Shown here one piece after another: positions 1 through 12,706 of a stretch of 64,000 bases of DNA. Source of the DNA: Hyaloraphidium curvatum SAG 235-1 (taxonomy: Eukaryota > Fungi > Monoblepharomycota). The notes beneath the pieces were generated by a model. That model was not told where the DNA came from. It searched no databases and saw only the letters and a list, made by a program, of their open reading frames with translations. A program made the position numbers and the translations under genes. The stretch spans positions 124,001-188,000 of the forward strand of contig JAIVFI010000040.1 in the NCBI GenBank assembly GCA_025558095.1. The letters are read 5' to 3'. Each line of letters begins with the position of its first letter. Position 1 is the first letter of the stretch.

Positions 1-2444
1 TGTCCCGCTTCACCATGACCGGCGACACCATCGACCCCAAGTCGGAGGTCATCCTCATCGGCAACTGCACGCGGCGCCAGGGCATCTGGTGGGGCGACGA
101 CTGCGCGGTGGGTCCCGTTGGCGGCGCGCATTCGCATAGGCGCTGACCTCGCCCGGCGCAGCCCATGGTCGGCATCACCCACAGCATCAACTGGATCAAG
201 TTCGGTCCCGACGGCGCCATGTGGGTGTCCGTGGGCGACGGCGCGAGCTTCGAGGGCACGGACTGGACCCCGAACATCGGCAACAACTGGCTCGGGCCCA
301 TGGACGTCAACTTCCTACCGGGCAAGATCTTGCGTCTGGACGAGAACGGCAACGGCCTGCCCGACAACCCGTACTACAGCGGTGACCCGACGCAGGCCCG
401 TTCGAGGGTTTGGGCGACGGGCATCCGTCAGCCGTGGCGGTGCGCGTTCGTGCCCGACACCAACCCGCCGGAGCTCCTGTGCGGTATCGTCGGGTGGTAC
501 ACGTGGGAGACCCTGACCTACATTCACAAGGGCGCCAACCTCGGCTGGCCCTGCTGGGAGGTTCGTGGCGACGGCGGGCAGCCTCGCGTTTGGGCGACGT
601 CTCACGCGTTCGCCACCAGGGACCCGAGAAGCCGCCCTACTTCGTTATCAACGGCACCGGCAACTGGGACGACGCCATCTGCCAGGACTTCTACCGCGGA
701 AACACCACGTTCCCCAAGATCGACGTCCAGGTCGTGCCGTTCAACCAGTCGTACCACGTCTACGGATGGAACCACAACGGCCAGAGCTCCGCGATCGTTG
801 CCGGCGTCTTTGCCCCTCCGTCGATGGCGAACGAGTTCAAGGATTGCATCTTTGTCGGCGATTTCGTTTCCAGCCGCGTGGAGTGCGTTCCTTGGGACTT
901 CAGTGGGTTGGCCGGTCAAGTTCCAGCTCGGGCTTTGATCTTATCGCTTTTGTTCCGCAGACACAAAGCGACCCGTAGGCTTCGACATCAACACCCGCCT
1001 GGGGTGGAACAACGTACCGGCGAAGCCCCTGGGAACCAAGTTTGCGCAGCCCGTGACCTTCAAGGTCGGGCCCGACGGCAACCTTTGGGTTCTCGGCCAC
1101 TGCGTGCAGTGCTCCGGCTACGGTATTCTCCGCAGGGTCATCCCGCCGGGCGGGAACACCACCGTGCCTTTCGGCAACGCAACCGTCACCGGCCCCTCAA
1201 CCGGCGGCGGTGACGGCCTTGTCATCCTCACGGGCGACCAGTGTTACCCCAAGGACCAGCCCCGGATCGTCGTGGCGGACCTGCCCAACGGCTGGGACTC
1301 GATCATGTACGTCAGCCAGTTCCCCAACGTCCGCTACCCCCGCAATGGCAACATGGGCCCGATGGAGCTGGACTCCTCGGTCGGCAGCCGGGCTCCCCTG
1401 GATGGTACCCTCATGAGCGTCGGCGGCGTGACGTACCGGAACGGTCTCGGCACGTTCGCGACCTCGGAGGTGCACCTTCCCATCCTCGGCTACTGCTACC
1501 GGTTCACGGCCGAAGTCGGTGTCGACGACGAGGTGCTGAAGACCGCCCCCGCCGGTACCCTGACCTATGCAGACAAGGGCTTTGGTGGGTAGATTGTGGC
1601 CCTGCTTGTCGGCCGGCTCCTGACTGGTGCTCCCGCGACAGGCGAGTTCATCCTCAAGGGCGATGGTGCGATGATCTACAACCACACGGCCTTCACCGGC
1701 ACCTACGCCAAGACGGGTGTCATGGCCACGAAGATGGAGGTCATCGACCTCAACCGCTACTCCGACCTCGGGCTGTACGCCTGGAAGCCGTGGGGCAACA
1801 CCATGCCCATGGCCGATATCTCGGCGAACCACCTCGACTGGGCCGAGCCCCGCGTGTACTGCGGCCCGGACTCGCCCTACATTCCCAAGGTGGACATTTC
1901 ATACCCGGAGCCGAAAAACACCTTCACGCTCGGCGAGCAAGTCATCTTCTCGGGCGTCGTCAAGTCCTACGACGACTCCGCGCTCACCTCCGCGTCCTAT
2001 CAGTGGTACGTGAACCTTGTTCACTGCCAGGGAAGTCTGTGCCACCAGCACTTCCTCGAGAACTTGTGAGTTTTGTCGATCCGGAGAGCCGGCAGTCCAC
2101 CGTGCTGACGTTCTTCCGTTTCCAGCTCCGGCATCAAGGACGGCGTGTTCACCGTCCAGCCGCATCCGCTGGATAACACGGAGCAGTACATCTACTACCA
2201 GCTTAAGCTGGTTGGAACGGACTTGTGCGGACGCACTGCGTACCAGGTGCGCAACATCATCATCAGCGGCAACATGACCGGCGAGGCGCCTGCCCGGCGA
2301 AGGCGGGACATGGCCCGGCAACCGGTGGCTTTGAATCCTGCGGCTGCGGCCGAGGACAGCTACCAAACGCTGATGCGCTACCGGAGAGAGGGGACGGAGT
2401 TGGGTCCCGAGTCTGCGATCGCCATGGGAGGCCGCAGGCGTTAG
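1..2444 (+). CDS. PQQ-dependent glucose/sorbosone dehydrogenase-like beta-propeller protein with NPCBM/NEW2 domain and C-terminal Ig/PKD-like segment (5' partial, multi-exon)
   Basis: GSDH motifs are present: HSINWIKFGPDGAMWVSVGDG, GKILRLDENGNGLPDNPY, WATGIRQPWR, GANLGWPCWEG and FKVGPDGNLW. An NPCBM-like block reads GPMELDSSVG...GGVTYRNGLGTFATSEV...RFTAEVGVDDE. GT-AG introns at about 108-161, 561-619, 905-960, 1585-1641 and 2066-2125 join the ORF pieces. Confidence 0.8.
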
Positions 2445-2580
2445 AATCTATTCCACTGCGTCACGAGCACTGTAGATTATCATCTATGATCTGCCCTCTG
2501 GCAGCGTCTGCTGTTCGGCGCGGAGAGCGGAAGCTGCAGCCATCAGTTGGCACGCGCCTCATCGTCTGATCCCCCTCGCC

Positions 2581-3115
2581 ATGCGCTTCACACGGGTTCT
2601 GCTGAAGCAGGTGGGCTCAGAGAGCCCATCCCGTGTCGGCGTGGCTCCTGATTGGCCCCTGCGGCTCGCATCGGCGCGATGTTCGCGTCCTCGTGCGGCG
2701 CAGACCACTGGCATCTTCGGCCTTCCCGTCCACCCCGACCCGCGACCAGCCCTCATCTCCCTCTACTCGCGAACGCTAGAGGCCACAAAAGCTTTGCCGG
2801 AGACCGCCGTCTACTCGCAGGCCGTCAAGTCGGTCACGCAGCACCGGCTGTCTATTGTGGAGTCGACGGAGGATACGGCACAAATCGAGGAGAAAATCGG
2901 GGCGGGCCAGGTTGAGGAGCTCATCGTGCAGGCGGAGGATGAGCTGAAGCTGGTGGAGAAGATGAAGGAGTGGAAGGCGTGGGACCCTCTGGAAACGCCG
3001 GCGCCGGAGAAGCAGGCAAGTCCCTGCCGCACATTCCGCCACAGGACTACTTCTAACTTCGTTTCCTCGCGACTGGCTTCTTTATGTCTTTCGCCAGTGG
3101 GACTACATTGCGTGA
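2581..3115 (+). CDS. NDUFA5: NADH:ubiquinone oxidoreductase subunit NDUFA5 (B13/NUFM)
   Basis: Protein reads TTGIFGLPVHPDPRPALISLYSRTL...IEEKIGAGQVEELIVQAEDELKLVEKMKEWKAWDPL. Introns are 2611-2703 and a GC-AG intron at 3016-3097, giving the C-terminus KQWDYIA*. Confidence 0.9.
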
Positions 3116-3296
3116 CGAAGCCTCCCTCCCCTGCGTGTGTGATGTCGGTCCTGTCCGTTCCATCATTCCATCAGCACCCCGTCCGGAGAACCCAGACGTT
3201 GTCATGAGCGGGAAGCGAGCGGTGTACATAGTGCCTGGCGCCCTTGGTCGATGTCCCGTACACCCGTCCTCGACGCTCTTACCCCTTCCGGGAGAC

Positions 3297-5363
3297 ATGA
3301 CGCGGACCCTGGCGTCGCGGGGTGCGCGGGACCTCGAAACCGCCCAATGCGTTGGCCAGAAGACGGCATGGAATGCTCCGCGCCGAGCTCTGCACTCTTC
3401 TTCGTGTTCTGCGCGCGATTCCCGTCAACACTCATGGGTTCCGAGGTTCCCGTGCACGCGACGGGCCTACTCCGTTTCCCACGCCTAGTAAGGAGTTCCT
3501 GCTGGCGCCGAGCACCAGAATCTAAGATACCCAGCGTCTTTGACATCGAAACAGACGGGAATCCTTTTCTCGGGCGCAGGAGCGTGCTTGGGAACAGATC
3601 CACTCTTGAGGATCGTTCAGGGGTACGAATCTTCACGGTCGGTAGCCTACCAGACGGGCTCCCGGCGGGCGCCTCAGTAATCGCGGACTCGCACTGTCGC
3701 TAGGTTCAAGACTCTCCGAACTTCGCGAATGGCGAGCCGGTTTACTTCATATCGGTAGCCGACGGCCACGCTGGCGAAGCAGCAGCCGAGTTCGCCAACA
3801 CTATGCTACATGAAATCTTCAACGTCGTGACCGCGAAGGACGCCCGCCCGATCCTTGGCGCCTACCACGCGCTATGCAACGGAACGGAACCATCGGGGGA
3901 TGCTCTGAAGGCTGTTGAAGCAGATGCCTCTGCCTTCAAGGACCCCCTTACGTTGAAGCAGAGATTGCGACTTGCTTTTCTCAAGACCGACCTGGACTTT
4001 GCTGCACAACACCCGGTGGGAGCGGCACGTTGCTAAAGACTCTCTGTTCGGACGGTGACCGACTGCACCAGGCCGATCGCTCGGGGACCACCTTTTCCGC
4101 CGCGTGCCTTCAATTCGACCACGCCAAAAGTCCTCCTGAGGTGGCTGTTACCGTCGGTCACATCGGGGACACCACCGTCATTCTGTGCAGCTCTGATGGA
4201 CGAGCGCATGCTTTGACGGCGGACCACAATGGTCACCTGGAATCGGAGAAGGCTCGCATCGAGGCTCTCGGAGGTCGGGTCGAGCTCAAAGACGGCAAAC
4301 TACGAGTGCAGGGCCAACTGGAGCCCACGCGCGGGATCGGGGATCTCGCATTCAAGCGCGTCGGTGTCTATGCCGAACGTGGGATCGTTGCTCCATGCAA
4401 ACTCTACCGCGCTAACGAAAGCTGTAGCGGATTTAACGGCGCTCGTTAAGCCCGCTCGAGAAGTTGCTTTCCTCTGCTTGGTAACGGACGGTGAGCCGTT
4501 CTTTTCTTTTGCAGCGAGATAGATCCGGTCTGACGCTTTCGGAGGTGTCAAGCAATCCATGACACATCAAGAAATCGTGGATGTCGTCAAGGGCCACCGC
4601 ACGCCGGCGGCGGCGGCAAGCACGTTGATCGATGTAGCAGGTGAGCCAGCCTACGAAGAATCTTGCAGATGCAGTGCTAACCCCACCGCGCCTGGCAGAG
4701 GCCCTGAACGTTGATGACAAGTAAGCATTCCTCGGATCGGACAGCGTTCGCCACGTGATATGTCTTTCAGCAAAACGGCTGTAGTCCTTCGGATGGAGGA
4801 TTGGTCAAGGGCAGCATCCGGAGCCATACCTGACTTCACTGCTGAGTTGCGCGAGCGGCGTTTGGCAAAGTACTCGCGGGCTGGACCTGGGGTTCGGCCG
4901 CGGGAGAAGGGTGGGGCTCGCTTGAACGAACGCATCTTCTGTCCAGACTAACGAAGTTTCACGACCGGCAGCCGAAGACGAAGACGTCTCTGTCTACATC
5001 GGCCGTTCCAAGTCGGAAGAGGCGATTCAAGGCTGCGCGCTGGACGTCTTCTCCTACTACAAGTCCAAAAACAGCCCCGGCGCCGCAAAGACGCTGTCGG
5101 CAGCGCAAATCCGGCAGGGACTCAAGTTTGGCGGCTTCTCCCTGGATGACTGGGAGCTGGATCCCGAGCAAAAGGATAGGACCGAGCAGTGGAAGCAGGA
5201 GCGCAGAAATCCAGAGTTGCGTGACGCAGAAACGGACCGCATCGTAATTGGCCTTTTCAAGGTACTGGGCAATCCGGCGACGTGCAGCGAAGCCGACTTT
5301 GTTCGCGGGATGAAACTGCTGGGAGTCTTCGTCACCGATTTGGAGGAAACATCGTCATCGTAG
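3297..5363 (+). CDS. Protein phosphatase 2C, Ptc6-like (multi-exon; start uncertain)
   Basis: PP2C motifs: GNRSTLEDR, VADGHAG, VGHIGDT, LTADH...EKARIEALGG, TRGIGDLAFK, LVTDG and DD-KTAVVLRMEDW. Intron 4892-4946 leads to a last exon ending in TAG at 5361-5363. Confidence 0.8.
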
Positions 5364-8269
5364 GCTCTCAATGAGGGTTTGCGGCAGAGGCTGCACGCGA
5401 ACACCATCGTCAGCGCCCTCGGCTTCTTGCTCCTCGTCTTCCTCGATATCGATTTCGTCGGGGTTGAGTGCAGGGCCGGGCTCGGGAGGCTAAGAATGGG
5501 GTTGTTTTAGGGTCAAACATCGCGACGCCGGGGGGATACGAGTCCCACGCACATTCGAAGGTTCTTTCGGCGCAGTGACAGTGGCCTTCACGAATTGGAG
5601 AGAAGGCTTCGACTGAGCTTGCTGCCTCTGCGCTTCCGCCTCCAGGAGAGCCATTTGATCTTGGGCCGATTGCAACGGCTCGGGTTCCTGCTGGCCGTTT
5701 GCCCGGTTCTGTTTTGCGGCCAGCATTTGGGCGCTGATGAACTGCGGTGCTTCCCGTGAGCCGCCGCACGGATGAACGGAACTTGTAACTTACCGAGACC
5801 TCTGTATTGAACTTCGCCTGAACCGAACGCCGAATCCTGAGGTGCTCTTTGAAGGTGTCCTCGTTCCCGTGCTTGATCTCGAAATCGTGCCAGTGTTTCC
5901 TGGAGATAGGAAGTTAGGGCAGCTACGGAAAGCAGGACCCGGGAAGCTCACCAGAAATCTGGATCCACCCGCGGGTCGCTAAACTGACTCGCATACGCCA
6001 GGATCGCCCGCGCGCGGTCGATTTCACCAAGTTTGGTCTCCATGTCCGAGAACCTGAGGGACATGTCCCGGGCCTTCTTGTCGGGCAGCATCTCCAGCGC
6101 CTTCGAGTAAATCTCCCTGGTCGAAACCAGCCCAAAGTACTGGGTGGCTTTGGCGATGTAGATCTCAAAGGTGCTGAACCTGTCTTCGTCCCCGACCGCA
6201 CGTGTCGCGCGGTCGTAGATCCGCATCGCATGCTTGGCCAGACCGAAGTCCTCCTCCAGCTTGGCGTAGGCAAGGTAAATGGCCTTGGCATGCTTTTCCG
6301 GCACGTCAACCAAAGCCTGCTCGAACAGGTCGCGCGCCCGCTCCAGCTTGCTCGCGCCGTAGTGGCTGACGAACTTCGCAAGGTAGATGTTCCAGATCTC
6401 GAACGCCATGGGGTACTTGAAGACCTCGATTCCGCGCTCGTAGACCCGGAAGGCGTCCTCGAAATAGCTGTTGTCGAGGAGGAAACTCGCGTAGTTGATG
6501 ACGGTCTGAATGTTGGCCACCTTGAGGTCGATGATGCGGTCGTAGACGGCGCGTGTGCTTTCCACCGTGCCCACGGACTCCTCGAGATCGACAAAGTGGT
6601 TCCAAAGTCTCAGGGACTTGAACAGACGCACCTGGGCCGGCACTGTGTCATCGTCGTACCGCACGCCCAGGTTATGCTTGGCCGGAGGGGCCGTAGCCCT
6701 GCCCAGAAGCTCGAGGGCACGTTTCAGATCGTCGTGATCCAGTTCCATTTGCGACCACGCGATCCACACGTCCGCCAGGTCGTCCGGTTTGCGGAAGGGC
6801 ACCTTGACGGCCCTCTCAAAGACGGCACGGGCTCCGTGGAGATCCCCATTCCCTTCGTGCCACTTAGCGAAGCCGATCCAGAGGTCGTGGAGGTTTCCGA
6901 CAGCCTTGCGCGGATTGATGGAGCTGAGCGCTTTTTCAAAGGCGTCCACAACCTTCCGACCGTCGCCGGTCTTCTTAAAGAGCTCAATCCTGTTGCTCCA
7001 TTCCGCAACGTTGTTTGGATTTTGCCTCAAGAGAACGTCGTTGACCAAGAACGGGCGGCGTTCGATAAGGCGGTCGAGCCGCGCGATCTTTAGATCCAAA
7101 GCCAGGTCCGCGAAGCTGATGTCCAGGTCCATTGGCGGCAGTGCAGCAATGACTTCCTGGTCCTCTTCGGGCGGGTCGTCGCTCGACATGGTGTTGGAGA
7201 TGATGCTCTCCTCGAACTCGGCGTAGGCATCAAAGATCATGGAAAAGTCCCGCACGGTGGCCACCTTCCGCATCCCCTCCTCATAGACGTCCCTGGCGCG
7301 TTCAAATTCCCCCTTGAGAACGAACCACTTGGCAAGCGTGTTCCAGAGCTTGCCGACCTGGTCAGAGAACCGCGTGATGCCGCTGCGGAGGATCTTCTCC
7401 ACGTCGAGCTTCTCAACCCGGCCCGGCCGGTCGTTCCCGGCCGTGCTCCGGACGACGACCATATTGTCCGTGCTCGTCGGCTCCTCGACCTCGTCCGGAT
7501 GATCGCACAAGAGGTCGCAGAGCTCGGACCACAGCTGGAACTGGCTCTTGCCGTGCTTCGACTTGAACTTTGGATCCTCCACGATGGACGCAAGGTACCT
7601 CGCCGCCTCGGCAAATCGCGGCGGCTCCAATCCCAGGAGCAGCTGGATAAAGTCCTCGGCACCCTGTGAGTCGTACTTCAGGTACCGCCTCCAAACGCGG
7701 ACCGCGGTCTCCCCGCCGACGCGACGCGCAAACGCCAGGTACCGATGCCACACGCGTTCATGCTGGGTGAGCGGAAGCGCACGAAGTGCGCGGTCGAAGG
7801 TCCTCCGCGTCAGCGTCGGCCGGTCCTGGTGCTCCAGCGCGGTGCAGTACATGCTCCAGATGACTGGCATCTTGTTCAGTAGAACGAGGCTGCGCTCGAA
7901 GCAGCTGTTGAGTTCATCCCATGCCGCTCTGTCGGACAGCGGCACGAGCAACTGGCGGAGGCCGGTTTCGCCGTCCTCGTCGCGGCCCAGGACCAGGCCG
8001 AGCCGAAAGTCCAGGTACGCCTTCCAGAGCTTGTAGCTCCCGGGCAGCTGCCGAACAGCTCGCTCGTACAGAAAAATGCGCTGCGCGGGAGGCGCGTTCC
8101 GCTTGTGGTCGAGGTACCGGAGCCACGATTTCAACGCGAACTGGTTCCGGTTGAGGTCCTCCTCGAACGGGATGCTGTTCCCACGCGCCACCGGGGCATA
8201 CGGCGTCAGTACTCGGCAGATCATGCCCTGCAAGGACCCGGCTCACTCCAGTTCGTCGAGATTGTCCAT
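5355..8269 (-). CDS. SYF1: Pre-mRNA splicing factor SYF1/XAB2 (HAT repeats)
   Basis: Motifs include YERAVRQLPGSYKLWKAYL, RRPFLVNDVLLRQNPNNV, KLERARDLFEQAL and LGEIDRARAILAYASQFSDPR. The C-terminus contains NPDEIDIEEDEE. The first exon is short (MDNLDEL). Confidence 0.93.
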
Positions 8270-8376
8270 CGCGGCCCGACGAGGACGGGGGGCGCGCCTA
8301 TGGGTGGAAGACAACAAGTCATCAGGCAGCCGCTATAAAAACCCCACGGCCCTGCGCATCCGTCACCCCCTTTGTC

Positions 8377-11300
8377 TCATTCTCTGCACACAGCAACAAC
8401 AACATCTAAATCCTTCAATACCGCCCGTATCGCATCTTTCTTCGACAAAGCGGCGCCGTCCTCGGTGGCGAGATAGCGGATCGAAACCTGACCGATCACA
8501 TCGATCACCTGTCAAGCGGTCGAAAAGCGAGAGGTATTGTCTAGCTTACCGGCGAATCCAAGAGCTCGGCGAGACGCTTGCTTGCTTCGGATATCAGCCA
8601 ATCCACGGTGCGATCTTCCCCATCGCACGGGACGAGGATGCTGTCCTGGGAGCCTCGGACGCACACCTTGACCCTTGTGACGGCTTGCACTTTGGCCTTG
8701 CCAGCGGTTTGTCCCAGAGCTTCGTTTTCACTTGCCTGCACGGTACTGTTGCAGGACGCCGTCGTTGGAGAAGTGCTCGTGTCTGTCGTGAGCGCGAGCG
8801 AGTCAGAAGCCAATGCGATCGGACGGCTGCGGTAGCCCACGGTCGTATTCCGCCTGGGGGCCGGAACTCTTGCGCTTAAGCTTCCGAGGCACAGATATCA
8901 GCTCGTCCTCGCTGTCCGAAGACTGACGCCGAACACGTCAGAAACGGCCGCATGCACTGCCGGCGACCTACCACGTCGACCACTTGGCCTGGTTGCTTGC
9001 GCTCTCGCTTGCGTGCCTTATCCTGCAACACACCGTCGCGCCATGTGAGAGACGACAGCAGGGACCGACAAAGAACCCGCCAGCGCTAAGGGTTCGCTTG
9101 ATGATTGCTCCGGCGAGCTTCCTTGTCGCGGAGGTCGATTCTCCTGGGAGGACTTCGGCGATGTCAGTCACGAGCGAGGCCAATGGCAGGGTCGCGCAGC
9201 CTACGCTCTCTTCTCCATCCGAGTCTCCTCTGCCACGAGCGAGAGGTTCTTTCGCTTCCGTTTCCTCGTCACTCGATGCTTCCTCCTCGTCGCTCGCCGC
9301 GCCCTGACTGGCATCAAACAGTGCACACCACCGCGTACACTCGGCACTATACCTGTTCCATCTTGGAAAGAGCCTTCGCCAGTTCTTTTGCGCGGGCATC
9401 CAGCTCGTCGGCAAGCTCGGATGCGCCGCAAAGGTGGTGGTATCCCTGAAGCATGCGGATTGCTCGATGCTCCATGGCCACATCATTCGCTCGGGAGGCA
9501 TAGGAAATCTGCTGCTGCCACAGCTCAATGACATCCGAAGCCGGCTGCGGAGCAGCAGATTGCTAGAGCCCTGTCTTTTGCGCCCGACATGCTTTAACCT
9601 ACTTCGTTGGCTGCCGTCTTGGCCTCTGCCAGCGCTCCAAGCGCTCGGGCCTTCATGGACAGCGTATCTGCGTAGTTGAGCTCTCGGAGATGGGCCTTGA
9701 CTGCGTCTGCATGTCGCTTCAGCTTTGTGTATGCATTCCCTAGTCGGATTGTCAGGGAGCAAGAGCCACACAGACGGGCTCTACAGACCAAGGTCGTGGC
9801 AAACGTCTTCCATGTCACACTCTGCGTCGACAGCACTGGGATGGAGTGGCCGAAGCACAACGATGCGCTCAAGCGCTGCGACGACCTGCGTAAGCAGCCT
9901 CTCGTCGTTCGCAGCGTCTGCAAAGTCCCTGAGCGCGCGCTATGAGCAAAACGTGGCTGACGACAAAGGGTTGCCTACTTGAAAGTCCCGTAGAGCTTGA
10001 GCAAGTGCTTGAGCTCCTCCTCTTGCAGCCCCTCTGTCTTTGCAGAAGTCGCCTCGGCGGAAAGCCGCTCTACGTCGTGGTGCATTCGTCTTGCGCTTTC
10101 CAAGCTTTTTATGTCATCTACGACTTTATCCACCTCGCTTTGGTTGCCGAGGGCCATCCACGTGCTCTTGGATTGCTCGTAGCTGTGCATTGCCTGGTTG
10201 TAGTCACCCTTCAACATGAAAGTGACGGCTGCGTCCCATTCCTAGGTGAGATGATGCGCACACCAGGTGTCGCGGATGGGCAGTACCAAGGTCACAGAGC
10301 GTCCGTGCTTCGTCGTCCCTGTTGCCGTCCTTCCGGTGCAGCTTGAGGACCTTCTGGAAAGTCTTATCGATGATCCCGCCGTTCAGTAGCCGTTGGACGA
10401 GTGAGCCAATACAACACACCCCAAGAGCTTGCTCGAAGTTGCCTTCATCTCTGCTCAGCATGCCTTGGTTCTCCAGCACCTTTTTCTGGATGTCGGAGAG
10501 CTTCTCGTATTTCGACTTCTGAAGGGCGATGTTCAGATGCGTAATGGCGTCTGTCGAAAGTCCCAAGTGCCGGTAGACGATTGCGAGGTTCAAGATAGCG
10601 TGCACCTGGCGCTCGGCTGCCTTTGGGCCTGCACATTCTCCCGTGAGCGGGTAGCGAAAGGAACGGCGCTGTCGCACCAACCTCCGAGATGCTGCAGTAT
10701 GACGTAGCCCTTCTTGAAGTTCTTCTCGGCTTGCTTCAGCAAGCTTGTCTCAGCTCGAACGTCGTCCAGCTCTCTAGCATACAGGATGCGTGATCAAGTC
10801 AGCTCGATGAAACAGGCGGGAACCCTCTCACGCCTGCAGGAGAAGTGTCGTACCCATTTCGCAGTACTGCGACCCTCTTTCGAGCTGTAGCAAGTCGGCA
10901 ATGAGCTGCGGCCCCCCCTGGGCGGCGGCTACACGTGCCTCGTCACTCGCGTACTCCAGCCCGCGCTTGAAGAACTCGATTGCCCTCTCGAACATCTTGC
11001 GTCTGCCGACGAGCGTCACACAGGCTTGCTTCAAGCGCAAGCAAGGTTTGGCCCACTCTCCGGTCATCCGACCTTGCTCTCGGTAACTCTCCCCCTGACC
11101 GTTCACGGCTCTGCGGCCGTATCCGTCGGTTCCTTGTCCAGACGGGACCACAGCACGCGTACCGTAGCATTAAAGGGCGATTCTCGGCGAGGCTGGCCTG
11201 GCGGTACGCGTCCGCGTACTTGAACTGCGCCCGCTTGCTGTCGTCCGTGTCCAGCATCATCTGGCCGACCTTGAGGTACAGCACCGCGGCTTCGGCGTGC

Positions 11301-11413
11301 CGGCCGCCGCTCGCCGCGGCCTGGGCTTTCCTGATGTCGGCCCGCATGGTGTTCGGGATCTTGGCGGCGACGACATTGGCCTCGCGCCGGATCATGAAGT
11401 TGGTCTTGGGCAT
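8377..11413 (-). CDS. Tonsoku-like (TONSL-like) TPR protein with C-terminal ubiquitin-like domain (multi-exon)
   Basis: The N-terminal helical/TPR exons read AEAAVLYLKVGQMML, AILNLAIVYRHLG and EARTLCDLG, followed by an acidic patch. The C-terminus RVKVCVRGSQDSILVPCDGEDRTVDWLISEASKRL...YLATEDGAALSKKDAIRAVLKDLDVVVA resembles the TONSL UBL domain as I recall it. Confidence 0.6.
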
Positions 11414-11701
11414 CCCGCCAGAAGTCCCAGGCCCCGAAAGGGGGCACCTGGTCCACGGCCCACGACGCCCACACCGCGTTGCAACCGATGCGGAGGCAGA
11501 GTACCGGATCTGGGCCCGGAGTCCGCCGTGGGCGCGGTTTGATTCGGGACGGAAACCGCACAGCGCGCGCGTTGATTCTTGTCGTGATTGAACCGCCTCC
11601 TCCAATTCGAACGCAGCCGGCGGTCCCGTCTGCGCCGACGCCGGACCTCCGGCCCGCACAAAGCGCCGGGAATTCAGCCCGGCGCGCCGCGCGGGGACAG
11701 C

Positions 11702-12699
11702 ATGGCCGCCATGGTTGCCGGGCCGTCCGCGAGCGGCACCACCCTCGACGGCAACATGTCGCTCACCGACGAGATACGGAACTCGAACCGGATCTTCCAG
11801 GAGAAATTCAACGCCTGGTTTACGCGGCTTCGGGCGGTGGTTGGAGAAACGCAGGCGGCGTTCCGGAAGGATGTGAACGAGTACCGAGGCAGGCCTCGCG
11901 CCGACGCTGGACGCTGGGACCCTGACACGGCGGAACGGCAGAGCAAGCCGCTCAGCTACAGCGGGATCTGGAGGCATTCAGCGCTAAGGAGACTGAAATG
12001 ACTCAGCGTGGGAACCCCTCGAGTTGTGTGGCGCGCGGGGCTCATTCGACGCCTCGCAGTCCTGGACAGCGAGAGACGACAGGTAGCGGAGCTACAGGAC
12101 AAGATCCTTGAGGCCCAGCAGCACTTTGAGGAGCTCAAGCAGAAGACTCAGGAAGTCGAGAGGGCTGCGACGCACCGGGAGAGAGCGAATCGGCGCGAGA
12201 CGGAAGGTCTTTAGGTGCACCTCCGGTCTGATTTTTGAGCTTACGCTTCCGTGGCGATAGCACTGGAACGGAGACGCCAACTTCGAGGCTGGCAGTCGAG
12301 GAAGAATGAACCCGAGCTGCGCTGCTACGAAGAAAAGCTGAAACTGACTGTGGCCACCGTCAAGCGTGGGTGCGGATCCGTCTCGATCCAACTCCTTGGC
12401 TCACACTCCTGCTGGGCCGAAGCGGACGTGCTTTCATTCACATTCCAGTGCGTCGATCCTGCGGATTTCGCCAAAGAGCACCGTATCGTTGTCGAGATAC
12501 TGGACCAGAGCTACACCGGTGCGTGGCGCGCCCCGCCTCGGAGCTTGACCGCGGAGCTTGACCGTGACCGTCAGTCTCCTCCTGCCAGCCTCCTCTTGCC
12601 AAGATGGACAGTATCGTCTCCCAGCTCAACGGAACAAGGGACTTTTACGGCTTTCTGAAGCGAGTGCGGAAGGAGTTCGAGGCCCTGTATTCCCGCTAG
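11702..12699 (+). CDS. SPC25: Kinetochore Ndc80-complex subunit SPC25 (multi-exon)
   Basis: A coiled coil is followed by an RWD-like C-terminus: YEEKLKL...FTFQCVDPADFAKEHRIVV...SCQPPLAKMDSIVSQLNGTRDFYGFLKRVRKEF. Confidence 0.8.
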
Positions 12700-12706
12700 C
12701 TCGTGT

